A stretch of DNA of 64,000 bases from Paracoccaceae bacterium (lineage in GTDB: Bacteria > Pseudomonadota > Alphaproteobacteria > Rhodobacterales > Rhodobacteraceae). Of the stretch, positions 56,842 to 64,000 are shown one piece after another. How positions within the stretch are numbered: the first letter of the stretch is position 1; the number at the start of each line of letters is the position of its first letter. The stretch spans positions 7,475-71,474 of the forward strand of contig JALUYI010000055.1 in the NCBI GenBank assembly GCA_027013095.1, in the 5' to 3' direction. Under the pieces are notes generated by a model. It saw nothing but the letters and a program-made list of their open reading frames with translations. It was not told the DNA's origin and ran no database searches. The position numbers and the translations under genes are program-made.

Positions 56842-59718
56842 TTACGCTGCGGTGATCTTGCAGAGCGAGACCTTGGTCTCCTGCATCTGGGTGACACTGT
56901 CATAACCATAGGTCAAAGCCGTGTTCGCGGCCTCGCCAAGGACATAGGGATCGGCCCCCTCGGGGTATTTGTCCCTCAGATCCTTGCCCTGGAAATGCCC
57001 GCCAAAATGGAACGGCAGGAACGCAACCCCGGTGCCAACCCGCTCGGTGACCAGCGCTTTGACTTTCAGCTTGCTGCCCTCGGCCCCTTCAACCCAGACG
57101 TCCGACCCGTTGCGGATGCCAAGGTCGTTCGCATCGCGGGTGTTGATCTCGACGAACATCTCCTGTTGCAGTTCCGCCAGCCACGGGTTTGAGCGCGTTT
57201 CATCGCCCCCGCCCTCATATTCGACCAGCCGGCCCGAGGTCAGGATCATCGGATACTCCTTGGAGAAATCCTTGTCCTGAATCGACTTGTACATGGTCGG
57301 CAGACGATAGAATTTCTTGTCTGCATAGGTCGGATAATCTGCCAACAGATCGCGCCGCGGTGTATAGAGCGGCTCACGATGGATCGGCACCGGATCGGGG
57401 AAGGTCCAGACCACGGCGCGGGCCTTGGCGTTGCCAAAGGGCGCGCATTCGTGCTTGATCGCGACCCGCTGAATCCCTCCGGACAGGTCGGTTTTCCAGT
57501 TTGTCTTGGGTCCGGCCACCTTGTCGATGGCGGCCTTTTCTTCGGCCGTCAACTCACCGTCCCACCCCAGATCCATCAGCATTTGCATGGTGAATTCGGG
57601 ATAGCCGTCCTTGATGTCCGAGCCGACCGAGTAAACCCCCTCGGCCAACAGGTTCTCGCCGTTTCGCTCCACCCCAAAGCGGGCGCGGAAGGTCAGGCCA
57701 CCCTTGGACACGGGTTTTGACATGTCATAAAGGTTCGGCGTGCCCGGATGTTTCATCTCGGGCGTCCCCCAGCACGGCCACGGCAGGCCGTAATACTCGC
57801 CATCGACAGGGCCACCGACTGCTTGCAGCGTGGTCTTGTCAAAGGTGTACTGGTATTTCATGTGCGCTTTGATCCGCTCAGGGCTCTGGCCGGTATAGCC
57901 AATGGTCCAGAGGCCGCGGTTGAACTCACGCGTGATGTCCTCGATTACCGGCTCGCCATCCTTGACCTCGATATTGCGGAAAAAGCGGTCGGCCCAGCCA
58001 AATTTGGTAGCGAATTTAGCCATGATGATATGGTCGGGCAGGCTTTCAAACAGCGGTTCGACAACCTTGTCGCGCCATTGGAACGAGCGGTTCGAGGCCG
58101 TGACCGAGCCAGAGGTCTCGAACTGTGTCGAGGCGGGCAGCAGGTAAACGCCATCGGTGCGATCGTTCATCACCGCCGAGACCGTGGGATGCGGGTCAAC
58201 CACGACCAGCATGTCCAGTTTCTCCATCGCGGTTTTCATCTCGGCGCCGCGGGTCTGGCTGTTGGGCGCATGACCCCAAAACACCATCGCGCGGACATTG
58301 TCAGGCTGGTCGATGTTGTTCTTGTCCTCCAGAACACCATCGATCCAGCGGCCGACCGTGATTCCCTTGGTGTTCATCAGGTTTTTATCGCCAACCTTGG
58401 CAAACTGCCCCTTCAGCCAGTCCAGATCCTCACCCCAGACCCGCGCCCAATGCGCCCAGGCCCCGGCAGAAATGCCGTAATAGCCGGGCAGCGTGTGGCT
58501 GAGAACGCCAAGGTCGGTGGCCCCTTGCACGTTGTCGTGGCCCCGGAAGATGTTGGCGCCACCCCCAGTCGTGCCGATGTTGCCCAGCGCCAGTTGCAAA
58601 ATGCAATAGGCACGGGTGTTGTTGTTGCCGGTGGTGTGCTGGGTGCCGCCCATGCACCAGACCAGCGTCGCCGGGCGGTTGTTGGCCAGTGTGCGCGCCA
58701 CGCGCTCCAACTGACTGCCGGGAACTCCGGTCACACGCTCGACCTCTTTGGGTGTCCACTTGTTCACTTCCTTGCGGACCTGATCCATGCCCCAGACGCG
58801 GGTGCGGATATATTCCTTGTCCTCCCAGCCGTTCTGGAAGATGTGGTAGAGAATACCCCAGATCAGCGCAACATCGGTGCCGGGACGAAAGCGCACATAT
58901 TCGTCCGCATGGGCCGCCGTGCGGGTAAAGCGCGGGTCGCACACGATCAGAGGCGCGTTGTTTTCCTCTTTTGCCTTGAGAATGTGCATCAGCGACACCG
59001 GATGCGCCTCGGCGGGGTTTGAGCCCAGCAGGATCATCGCGCGGCTGTTGTGGATGTCGTTATAGCTGTTGGTCATGGCGCCATAGCCCCATGTATTGGC
59101 AACACCCGCAACCGTGGTCGAGTGGCAGATCCGCGCCTGATGATCGACGTTGTTGGTGCCCCAATAGGCGGCAAACTTGCGGAACAGATAGGCCTGTTCG
59201 TTGTTGTGCTTGGCACTGCCCAGCCAGTAAACGCTGTCCGGGCCGCTGGTCTTGCGGATGTCCAGCATCTTGTCGCCGATCTCGTTGATCGCCTGATCCC
59301 AACTGATCCGCTTCCAGACGCCGCCCTCTTTCTTCATCGGGTATTTCAGACGCCGCGCACCAATCGCGTGATCGCGCACCGCGGCCCCCTTGGCGCAATG
59401 CGCACCCAAGTTGAACGGGCTGTCAAAGCCGGGTTCCTGACGGGTCCAGACCCCGTTCTCGGTTTCAGCGATGACCGTGCATCCGACCGAGCAGTGGGTG
59501 CAGACCGATTTCACCGATTTCACCGCCTTTTTGACGGCGGTTCCGGCCTCGGCCCGGGTGACAGTTCCGCCGACCGCCCCCAAGGCGGCAAGCCCCCCTA
59601 CGGCAACACCGGAGCCACGTAAAAAGGCCCGGCGATCGATGCGTCCACCAGAGATACTGGACAACAACGACGCCCGGCGTGGCGTGCCCGGGGCACTGTT
59701 TGTTTTGCGTTTAAGCAT
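56842..59718 (-). CDS. periplasmic formate dehydrogenase catalytic (alpha) subunit, Mo/W-bisPGD, Cys-type
   Basis: 958 aa. Tat leader (RIDRRAFLRGSG...AEA), Fe-S motif CTHCSVGC and active-site HQARICHSTTV are present. The Cys codon TGC at 59125-59127 sits where E. coli FdnG has Sec. Confidence 0.92.
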   Translation of the reverse strand: MLKRKTNSAPGTPRRASLLSSISGGRIDRRAFLRGSGVAVGGLAALGAVGGTVTRAEAGTAVKKAVKSVKSVCTHCSVGCTVIAETENGVWTRQEPGFDSPFNLGAHCAKGAAVRDHAIGARRLKYPMKKEGGVWKRISWDQAINEIGDKMLDIRKTSGPDSVYWLGSAKHNNEQAYLFRKFAAYWGTNNVDHQARICHSTTVAGVANTWGYGAMTNSYNDIHNSRAMILLGSNPAEAHPVSLMHILKAKEENNAPLIVCDPRFTRTAAHADEYVRFRPGTDVALIWGILYHIFQNGWEDKEYIRTRVWGMDQVRKEVNKWTPKEVERVTGVPGSQLERVARTLANNRPATLVWCMGGTQHTTGNNNTRAYCILQLALGNIGTTGGGANIFRGHDNVQGATDLGVLSHTLPGYYGISAGAWAHWARVWGEDLDWLKGQFAKVGDKNLMNTKGITVGRWIDGVLEDKNNIDQPDNVRAMVFWGHAPNSQTRGAEMKTAMEKLDMLVVVDPHPTVSAVMNDRTDGVYLLPASTQFETSGSVTASNRSFQWRDKVVEPLFESLPDHIIMAKFATKFGWADRFFRNIEVKDGEPVIEDITREFNRGLWTIGYTGQSPERIKAHMKYQYTFDKTTLQAVGGPVDGEYYGLPWPCWGTPEMKHPGTPNLYDMSKPVSKGGLTFRARFGVERNGENLLAEGVYSVGSDIKDGYPEFTMQMLMDLGWDGELTAEEKAAIDKVAGPKTNWKTDLSGGIQRVAIKHECAPFGNAKARAVVWTFPDPVPIHREPLYTPRRDLLADYPTYADKKFYRLPTMYKSIQDKDFSKEYPMILTSGRLVEYEGGGDETRSNPWLAELQQEMFVEINTRDANDLGIRNGSDVWVEGAEGSKLKVKALVTERVGTGVAFLPFHFGGHFQGKDLRDKYPEGADPYVLGEAANTALTYGYDSVTQMQETKVSLCKITAA

Positions 59719-59760
59719 GACGATTGACCCTTTTTCCTTCGTGAATTTCTGCCAGCCCGA

Positions 59761-59961
59761 TCAGAACCGGGCGGTGTCGTAATAGGTGCGAACATGCGCG
59801 GTCTCCTGAAATCCCGCGTCTTTTTCGGCCTTTACGACGGGCTTGGCGTTGGCCACGCCGCCGCCCAGAGCAACCGCCGCTGCGGCCACCGGCGCGCCTG
59901 CTGCCGCTGCCCTTAGAAAATCCCGCCGCCGATTGTCGATCTTGTCCGAAGTCTTGTCCAT
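59761..59961 (-). CDS. formate-dehydrogenase-region TAT-target small protein
   Basis: 66 aa from ATG 59961 (GGGGAGG SD): MDKTSDKIDNRRRDFLRAAAAGAPVAAAA... has a twin-arginine leader. It lies immediately upstream of the FDH alpha subunit. The 153-aa track ORF is over-extended. Confidence 0.75.
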   Translation of the reverse strand: MDKTSDKIDNRRRDFLRAAAAGAPVAAAAVALGGGVANAKPVVKAEKDAGFQETAHVRTYYDTARF

Positions 59962-60034
59962 GACCTCCCCTTTCTGCTGTGATCCTGCCGCCCCGTGCCG
60001 CAGGTCGTTTATTGCGGGCCCGAGCCCGTTGAAT

Positions 60035-60649
60035 TCAGCCCCCATCGGCCAGACGAAACGCCTCGGTTTCGACGTCGATAAAGGCGGCCCCCAACGCCCC
60101 GACCGGGGCATAAAGGACCGACATCTTGGCCCCTTGAAGATCGGTAAAGAAATGCTTTGCCCAAGGCGCAATATGACGGTTGAAGAACTGCCTCTGCGTC
60201 GCCAGATCGGCCGGCGCACCAAACCGGCCGGCGATCAGACCGGCCATCATTTCCATCAGGCTTGCAATGCCATCTTCGGGCTCGAACACGCCCGCCGAGC
60301 GGGTGATCTGCAAATCCGCCATGTCCCCGCGCAACAGCGCCAGTGGCCGTTCATTCAGAAAACCGGTCATGTAATAGCTGGCGTAGGGGACCAGCTCGCC
60401 CCGACCAAGACCAATGAACAGATCGTTGAATTCGCGCTCGACCGTTGCTGGCCCGGTCTTGGCTGCGATCTTTGCCAAGGCACCAATAATGGCCACGCCA
60501 ATCGGTGTCCCGTCCCCCTCAAGGGCTGCGGTTCGCTGCAGCAGCTCAGCCGACGGCGGCCGTGCCAGAAGCGAGCCGAGGAAATCGTAAAGATCCGCGC
60601 GCATGCGGTCTTCGTCGGGCAAGGCGGTCTGTGCTGCTAGATTGGTCAT
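60035..60649 (-). CDS. TorD/DmsD-family redox-enzyme maturation chaperone
   Basis: 204 aa. The translation is TorD-like (ADLYDFLGSLLARPP..., YASYYMTGFLNERPL). ATGA overlap with the upstream gene. Confidence 0.75.
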   Translation of the reverse strand: MTNLAAQTALPDEDRMRADLYDFLGSLLARPPSAELLQRTAALEGDGTPIGVAIIGALAKIAAKTGPATVEREFNDLFIGLGRGELVPYASYYMTGFLNERPLALLRGDMADLQITRSAGVFEPEDGIASLMEMMAGLIAGRFGAPADLATQRQFFNRHIAPWAKHFFTDLQGAKMSVLYAPVGALGAAFIDVETEAFRLADGG

Positions 60650-61305
60650 GTGGCTGGCTCATCTGTTGTAAAGGTGAATTGCATATGTCGCGGGCGCCGC
60701 GCGGCGGGAACCTCGTTGGGCCGCCCTTCGGCTGGATCTGAGGCCAGGTCTGGGGCCAGATCAGGGCCGCCTTCGGGTTGTGTCTGGTGCTGCGCATCCA
60801 GCACCATGTCCGCGCCACCCCCGTCTGCCTCGCCTGTCGCCGCGGCCACGATGTCCGACACGGGGTCCGACACGGGCGCGGGCGTTTCAACAGCACCCTC
60901 TTCCATCCGTGCAACCGCACCCCGGCCCACCTGATAAACGGTTTTCAGCGTGCCAGAGGCTACCGAACCAAGGGTGAAATCTTCATCGTAGTCCACCAGC
61001 CCATCGAGATTTGCCAGCACCGGATTGCTCCCCCACAACCGACGCAGAGCCACCCTGCGCAAATGCTCGGGTACCGCTTTGGACAGGAAGGCGGTGAAAT
61101 CATCGCCCACCGTCAGGGTCTCGGGATCGGGCAAACCTAGCGATTCCAGAATTTCGGCATCGGATTTTCCGGCCTGCGCCTCGCGGATCCGGGCTGCGGC
61201 CCGGCGTTCGGCCTGCCGGACAGCCCGGGCTTGCTCTTTGGCCGCCTCAGCGCGCACCGCAGCCTTGCGACGGGACCAGAAATCGGCGGTTTCTCGCACG
61301 CTCAT
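60646..61305 (-). CDS. DUF3306-family protein
   Basis: 219 aa. An Arg/Ala-rich N-terminus is followed by GLPDPETLTVGDDFTAFLSKAVPEHLRRVALRRLWGSNPVLANLDGLVDYDEDFT, as I recall for DUF3306. Confidence 0.7.
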   Translation of the reverse strand: MSVRETADFWSRRKAAVRAEAAKEQARAVRQAERRAAARIREAQAGKSDAEILESLGLPDPETLTVGDDFTAFLSKAVPEHLRRVALRRLWGSNPVLANLDGLVDYDEDFTLGSVASGTLKTVYQVGRGAVARMEEGAVETPAPVSDPVSDIVAAATGEADGGGADMVLDAQHQTQPEGGPDLAPDLASDPAEGRPNEVPAARRPRHMQFTFTTDEPAT

Positions 61306-61871
61306 TTTACCACCTCGACCACAATTCCGGAGGGAGGGGATGATCGCTCGGGGTGGGGCGCACGATAGACGTCGGCCGCCTGACGCACACGCGCATCGCC
61401 GCGCCCATCCTCATGCAGATCAACCCTCTGGCGATCCCTTTTGCGCTTGATAAACGGCTTTTCAACGTGGTGTTCCTCAACAAAGCCGCGCACCCAGCCC
61501 AGAACCAGCGGCGGCATCGGAACCAGCTCGATCAGATAGCCCTCGGCATCGGCGTAGTCCTGCGTTTCATAAGCCGATGCCGTCACCAGAGCAGGAACCC
61601 ACGGCATCGGTGCATCCGGCGTCAGATCTTCGTGCAAGATGACCGTCAGACTGGGAACCTCGGTCACCAGCATCGCCTGATAGCCCTCTGTGTCCGAAGA
61701 CCACAGCTCCAGCGGCAGGGTCGCGGCGTGATATTCAATCGCCTCACCCTCGCATCTCAGCACCTGCCAACTGGCTGCGCCGACACCGGGTAACACACCG
61801 ACAACCTTCCAGCACCATTGCGCCCAGCGCGTCGCCCCGGGCGTTTTGCGCACCACGATCCCGACCGGCAT
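61302..61871 (-). CDS. DUF3305-family protein
   Basis: 189 aa from ATG 61871 (MPVGIVVRKTPGATRWAQWCWKVVGVLPG...). ATGA overlap with DUF3306. The 353-aa track ORF runs on through the intergenic region. Confidence 0.7.
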   Translation of the reverse strand: MPVGIVVRKTPGATRWAQWCWKVVGVLPGVGAASWQVLRCEGEAIEYHAATLPLELWSSDTEGYQAMLVTEVPSLTVILHEDLTPDAPMPWVPALVTASAYETQDYADAEGYLIELVPMPPLVLGWVRGFVEEHHVEKPFIKRKRDRQRVDLHEDGRGDARVRQAADVYRAPHPERSSPPSGIVVEVVK

Positions 61872-62044
61872 GCTGTCATGCTCAAGTGCCAAGTTTGCTG
61901 TCCCCCCAGATGCGCATCTTTGGCGCAAAAGAATCCATGTCGTCCCGTGAAACCGGAACACGACCACAATGCAGCCGCTGATTCTCTTTCGCAAAAAAAA
62001 TTTTGGGCGAATCAGGTGCCGGGGCATGCCATTCCGGGCGTTTC

Positions 62045-62100
62045 GGACATTTTGTCCAGTTTGCCCCCTGCGTCGGGCTGCCGCAGTGGACCAATTGTCC
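62045..62100. promoter_or_regulatory. pair of palindromic sites in the divergent DUF3305 / poly-ferredoxin control region
   Basis: GGACATTTTGTCC lies at 62045-62057 (perfect palindrome, identical to 51155-51167). GGACCAATTGTCC lies at 62088-62100 (GGAC-N5-GTCC). The centres are 43 bp apart. Confidence 0.45.
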
Positions 62101-62261
62101 GCCCCCGAAAACCTATCTTTTTTAGTCGGGAAAATTTCGGCCTGAATCGCGCTATTTTGGGCCGAATCGCCTGCTGCCCCTTTACCGGGGCGCGTTTTTT
62201 TGCCTTTCTGCGCCACGGCGCGGGCAAAACCCGCATTTTGTTTCGAAAAAGGGGACAACCA

Positions 62262-64000
62262 TTGGAACGCCGGATCTTGCTGTGTGACTGCCTCGGCAGC
62301 CAGAAAATCGACTGCAGACGCATTGAAACCGCAACCGGCCTGAAATCGCTGCCTCTGGCCCACGCCCTCTGCACGGACGAGTTGGGGATTGCCGCCGAGG
62401 CAATCGGCACTGGTAATGTGGTGATCGCCTGCGCACAGGAGGCCCGGCGTTTCGCCGACCTTGCCGCCGAGATCGAGGCCGACACCCCCCCGACCATCGA
62501 TATCCGCGACCGCGCAGGCTGGAGCGACGACGCGGACACGACACCAAAAATGGCAGCGCTGCTGGCCGAGGGGCTGCTACCGGCCCCGGCGGAAAAGGTG
62601 CTGGATGTGACCTCATACGGGGCCTGCCTTGTGCTGGGAGAGCCCTCCGTCGCACTGGCCGCGGCCGAGGTTCTGGCCAAGTCGCTGGCGGTGACAGTTT
62701 TGCTTGAGGCCTGCGATCCCGGCGATCTTTCCGCAGCGCGCGGCTTTGAGGTGGTTCTGGGGCGGCTCAGACGGGCGCGGGGGGCCTTGGGGAATTTCCA
62801 GCTGGCGATCGACGGTTTTCAACAGGTCATTCCCGGCGGGCGCGGCGATCGTCAACTGACACGGGCGCGCGACGGGGCCACGACCAACTGTGATCTGATC
62901 GTTGATCTGCGCGCCGACAACGCCCTGTTTTCGCCGGAGCACAAACGCGACGGCTATCTGTGCGCCGACCCGCGCGACCCCGCCCGCCTTGCCACGGTCC
63001 TGACCGAGGCCGCGCAATACGTCGGCACGTTTGAAAAACCACTGTATGTTGCCTTGGACGAAACACTCTGCGCACACTCACGCGCCGGCCAAAAGGGATG
63101 TTCGCGCTGCCTTGACGCCTGCGGCACCGGGGCGATTTCAACCGCCGGGGACCACGTCACCATCGACCCGCTGATCTGCGCCGGATGTGGGGCTTGTTCG
63201 GCGCTGTGCCCTTCGGGGGCGATCCGGTTTGAGGCCCCTCCGCTCGGCAATGTTCTGGAGCGGGTGCGCCTGCTGGCCGAAACCTATGAAAAGGCTGGGG
63301 GGCGTGCGCCACGCCTGCTGGTTCACGACCCCGCGTTTGGGGCCGAGATGATCGCGCTGGCCGCCCGCTTTGGCCGCGGACTGCCCGGCAATGTTCTGCC
63401 CCTTGCCAGCCCAAGCCTTGCACGCTTTGGTCATGCCGAGATGCTGGCAACGCTGACCAGCGGCTTTTGCGCTATCGATCTGTTGCTACACCCGGGCTCG
63501 GACCTTGAGACGATCCACGCCCAGACAGAGTTGGCCAATTCCATGGGCGGCGCGGGGCGGGTTCGCGTGCTTGATATCTCTGACCCCGAGGTTCTGAGCG
63601 AAAGGCTCTATGCACCGGACCCGCATATCAAGGACATCCCGCCCAAGGCGCTGGCACTGGGCGATCGGCGCCAGATCGCGCGGCTCTCGGCCAAGACCCT
63701 GCTGGGCGAAGCGTGCACGACGCCAGTCGCCCTGCCCGAAGACGCACCCTACGGCACCTTGGCGCTTGATCCCGACGCGTGTACGCTGTGCCTTGCGTGT
63801 GCGTCACTCTGCCCGTCCGGCGCGTTGACCGACAACCCGGACCGTCCGCAGCTGAATTTTCAGGAGGATGCGTGCCTGCAATGCGGGTTGTGCGTCGCCA
63901 CCTGCCCGGAAAAGGCAATCACGTTGCTACCCCGCTTCAACCCGGGAAATGAGGCCCTGTCCGCCACCGTTCTGAACGCGGAAGAGCCATTCTGCTGCAT
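62262..64000 (+). CDS. large multi-cluster 4Fe-4S (poly-ferredoxin-like) protein, 5' part, continues beyond the window
   Basis: Hand-translated open frame of 579 codons with no stop. TTG start with AAGGGGA 8 nt upstream: LERRILLCDCLGSQKIDC... Motifs CAGCGACSALCPSGAI, CTLCLACASLCPSGAL and CLQCGLCVATCPEKAI are present. Absent from the ORF track because it has no stop and no ATG. Confidence 0.8.
   Translation, partial: MERRILLCDCLGSQKIDCRRIETATGLKSLPLAHALCTDELGIAAEAIGTGNVVIACAQEARRFADLAAEIEADTPPTIDIRDRAGWSDDADTTPKMAALLAEGLLPAPAEKVLDVTSYGACLVLGEPSVALAAAEVLAKSLAVTVLLEACDPGDLSAARGFEVVLGRLRRARGALGNFQLAIDGFQQVIPGGRGDRQLTRARDGATTNCDLIVDLRADNALFSPEHKRDGYLCADPRDPARLATVLTEAAQYVGTFEKPLYVALDETLCAHSRAGQKGCSRCLDACGTGAISTAGDHVTIDPLICAGCGACSALCPSGAIRFEAPPLGNVLERVRLLAETYEKAGGRAPRLLVHDPAFGAEMIALAARFGRGLPGNVLPLASPSLARFGHAEMLATLTSGFCAIDLLLHPGSDLETIHAQTELANSMGGAGRVRVLDISDPEVLSERLYAPDPHIKDIPPKALALGDRRQIARLSAKTLLGEACTTPVALPEDAPYGTLALDPDACTLCLACASLCPSGALTDNPDRPQLNFQEDACLQCGLCVATCPEKAITLLPRFNPGNEALSATVLNAEEPFCC

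Noticed and set aside
56842-59718. Looked for an in-frame TGA (selenocysteine) and a SECIS-like hairpin in the FDH alpha gene.
   Set aside because: The frame is uninterrupted and the active-site codon is TGC, so this is a Cys-type enzyme.
62005-62022. GG-N10-GC sigma54-like matches: CCGGCACCTGATTCGC on the minus strand at 62005-62022, and GGGCGAATTACCTGCA on the minus strand at 51030-51045.
   Set aside because: Only partial matches to the -24/-12 consensus. The first reads as a GG-N10-GC match on both strands. The neighbouring activator lacks the GAFTGA loop needed for sigma54, so a sigma54 promoter is not expected. I kept them only as notes.
1-64000. Scan for mobile elements, CRISPR repeats, tRNA/rRNA genes and toxin-antitoxin or defence-type gene pairs.
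   Set aside because: I found no transposase, integrase or recombinase-like translation. There are no regularly spaced direct repeats and no tRNA-like T-arm or acceptor patterns. There are no small paired ORFs of the toxin-antitoxin type. The window looks like conserved core chromosome.

Overview
This is a high-GC, densely coding chromosomal segment. It reads like an alphaproteobacterium of the Rhodobacterales type; that is an inference from gene content, synteny and start/stop coupling, since no search was possible. I can support about 55 protein-coding genes, one short gene remnant and a handful of cis elements. I saw no rRNA, tRNA, CRISPR array, transposase, integrase or phage gene.

Content in order:
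- 1-8.4 kb: hisD, a UPF0262 protein, a low-molecular-weight phosphatase, an SH3 protein, a 2-hydroxyacid dehydrogenase, a membrane protein and dnaE.
- 8.6-15 kb: the purine oxidation set uraH and xdhABC, plus an orphan BMP-type binding protein.
- 15.2-24.2 kb: a long minus-strand operon (FGase-family amidohydrolase, TRAP dctQMP, glutamine-synthetase-like ligase, VOC gene remnant, aldehyde dehydrogenase, iron alcohol dehydrogenase) with a divergent RpiR regulator.
- 24.4-31.2 kb: a small membrane protein, ubiT-ubiU-ubiV (O2-independent ubiquinone synthesis), moeB, dut, coaBC and cobU/cobC.
- 31.3-33 kb: an atypical sulfatase-family protein.
- 33.1-44.6 kb: narK1-narK2-narGHJI-ppiC with a divergent cysteine-cluster-less Crp/Fnr regulator (NarR-like) and FNR-type boxes.
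- 44.7-48.4 kb: an ATP-grasp protein, a cytochrome P450 and an M19 dipeptidase.
- 48.6-50.8 kb: the tungstate transporter tupBCA behind a 430-nt repeat-rich leader.
- 51.3-54.7 kb: a sensor kinase plus an NtrC-family regulator whose GAFTGA sigma54-contact loop is missing.
- 54.7-61.9 kb: a periplasmic Cys-type formate dehydrogenase operon with a TAT-target peptide, a TorD-like chaperone, DUF3306 and DUF3305.
- 62.3-64 kb: a divergent poly-ferredoxin gene that runs off the window and is absent from the ORF track.

Most of the window is ordinary core metabolism, and I do not see a clear-cut unknown defence or mobile system. Four regions most deserve a second look:
- The formate dehydrogenase, 43-aa membrane peptide, GAFTGA-less two-component system and tungstate transporter block, which shares a 15-nt palindromic motif between its two control regions.
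- The TRAP-linked gamma-glutamylation-style catabolic operon of unknown substrate.
- The DUF3305/DUF3306/poly-ferredoxin accessory module.
- The dipeptidase, P450 and ATP-grasp trio.

All product calls rest on motifs I recognise by eye in the translations. Starts were re-picked from Shine-Dalgarno (SD) sequences and start/stop overlaps, and several differ from the ORF track, which uses the longest ORF and alternative start codons.
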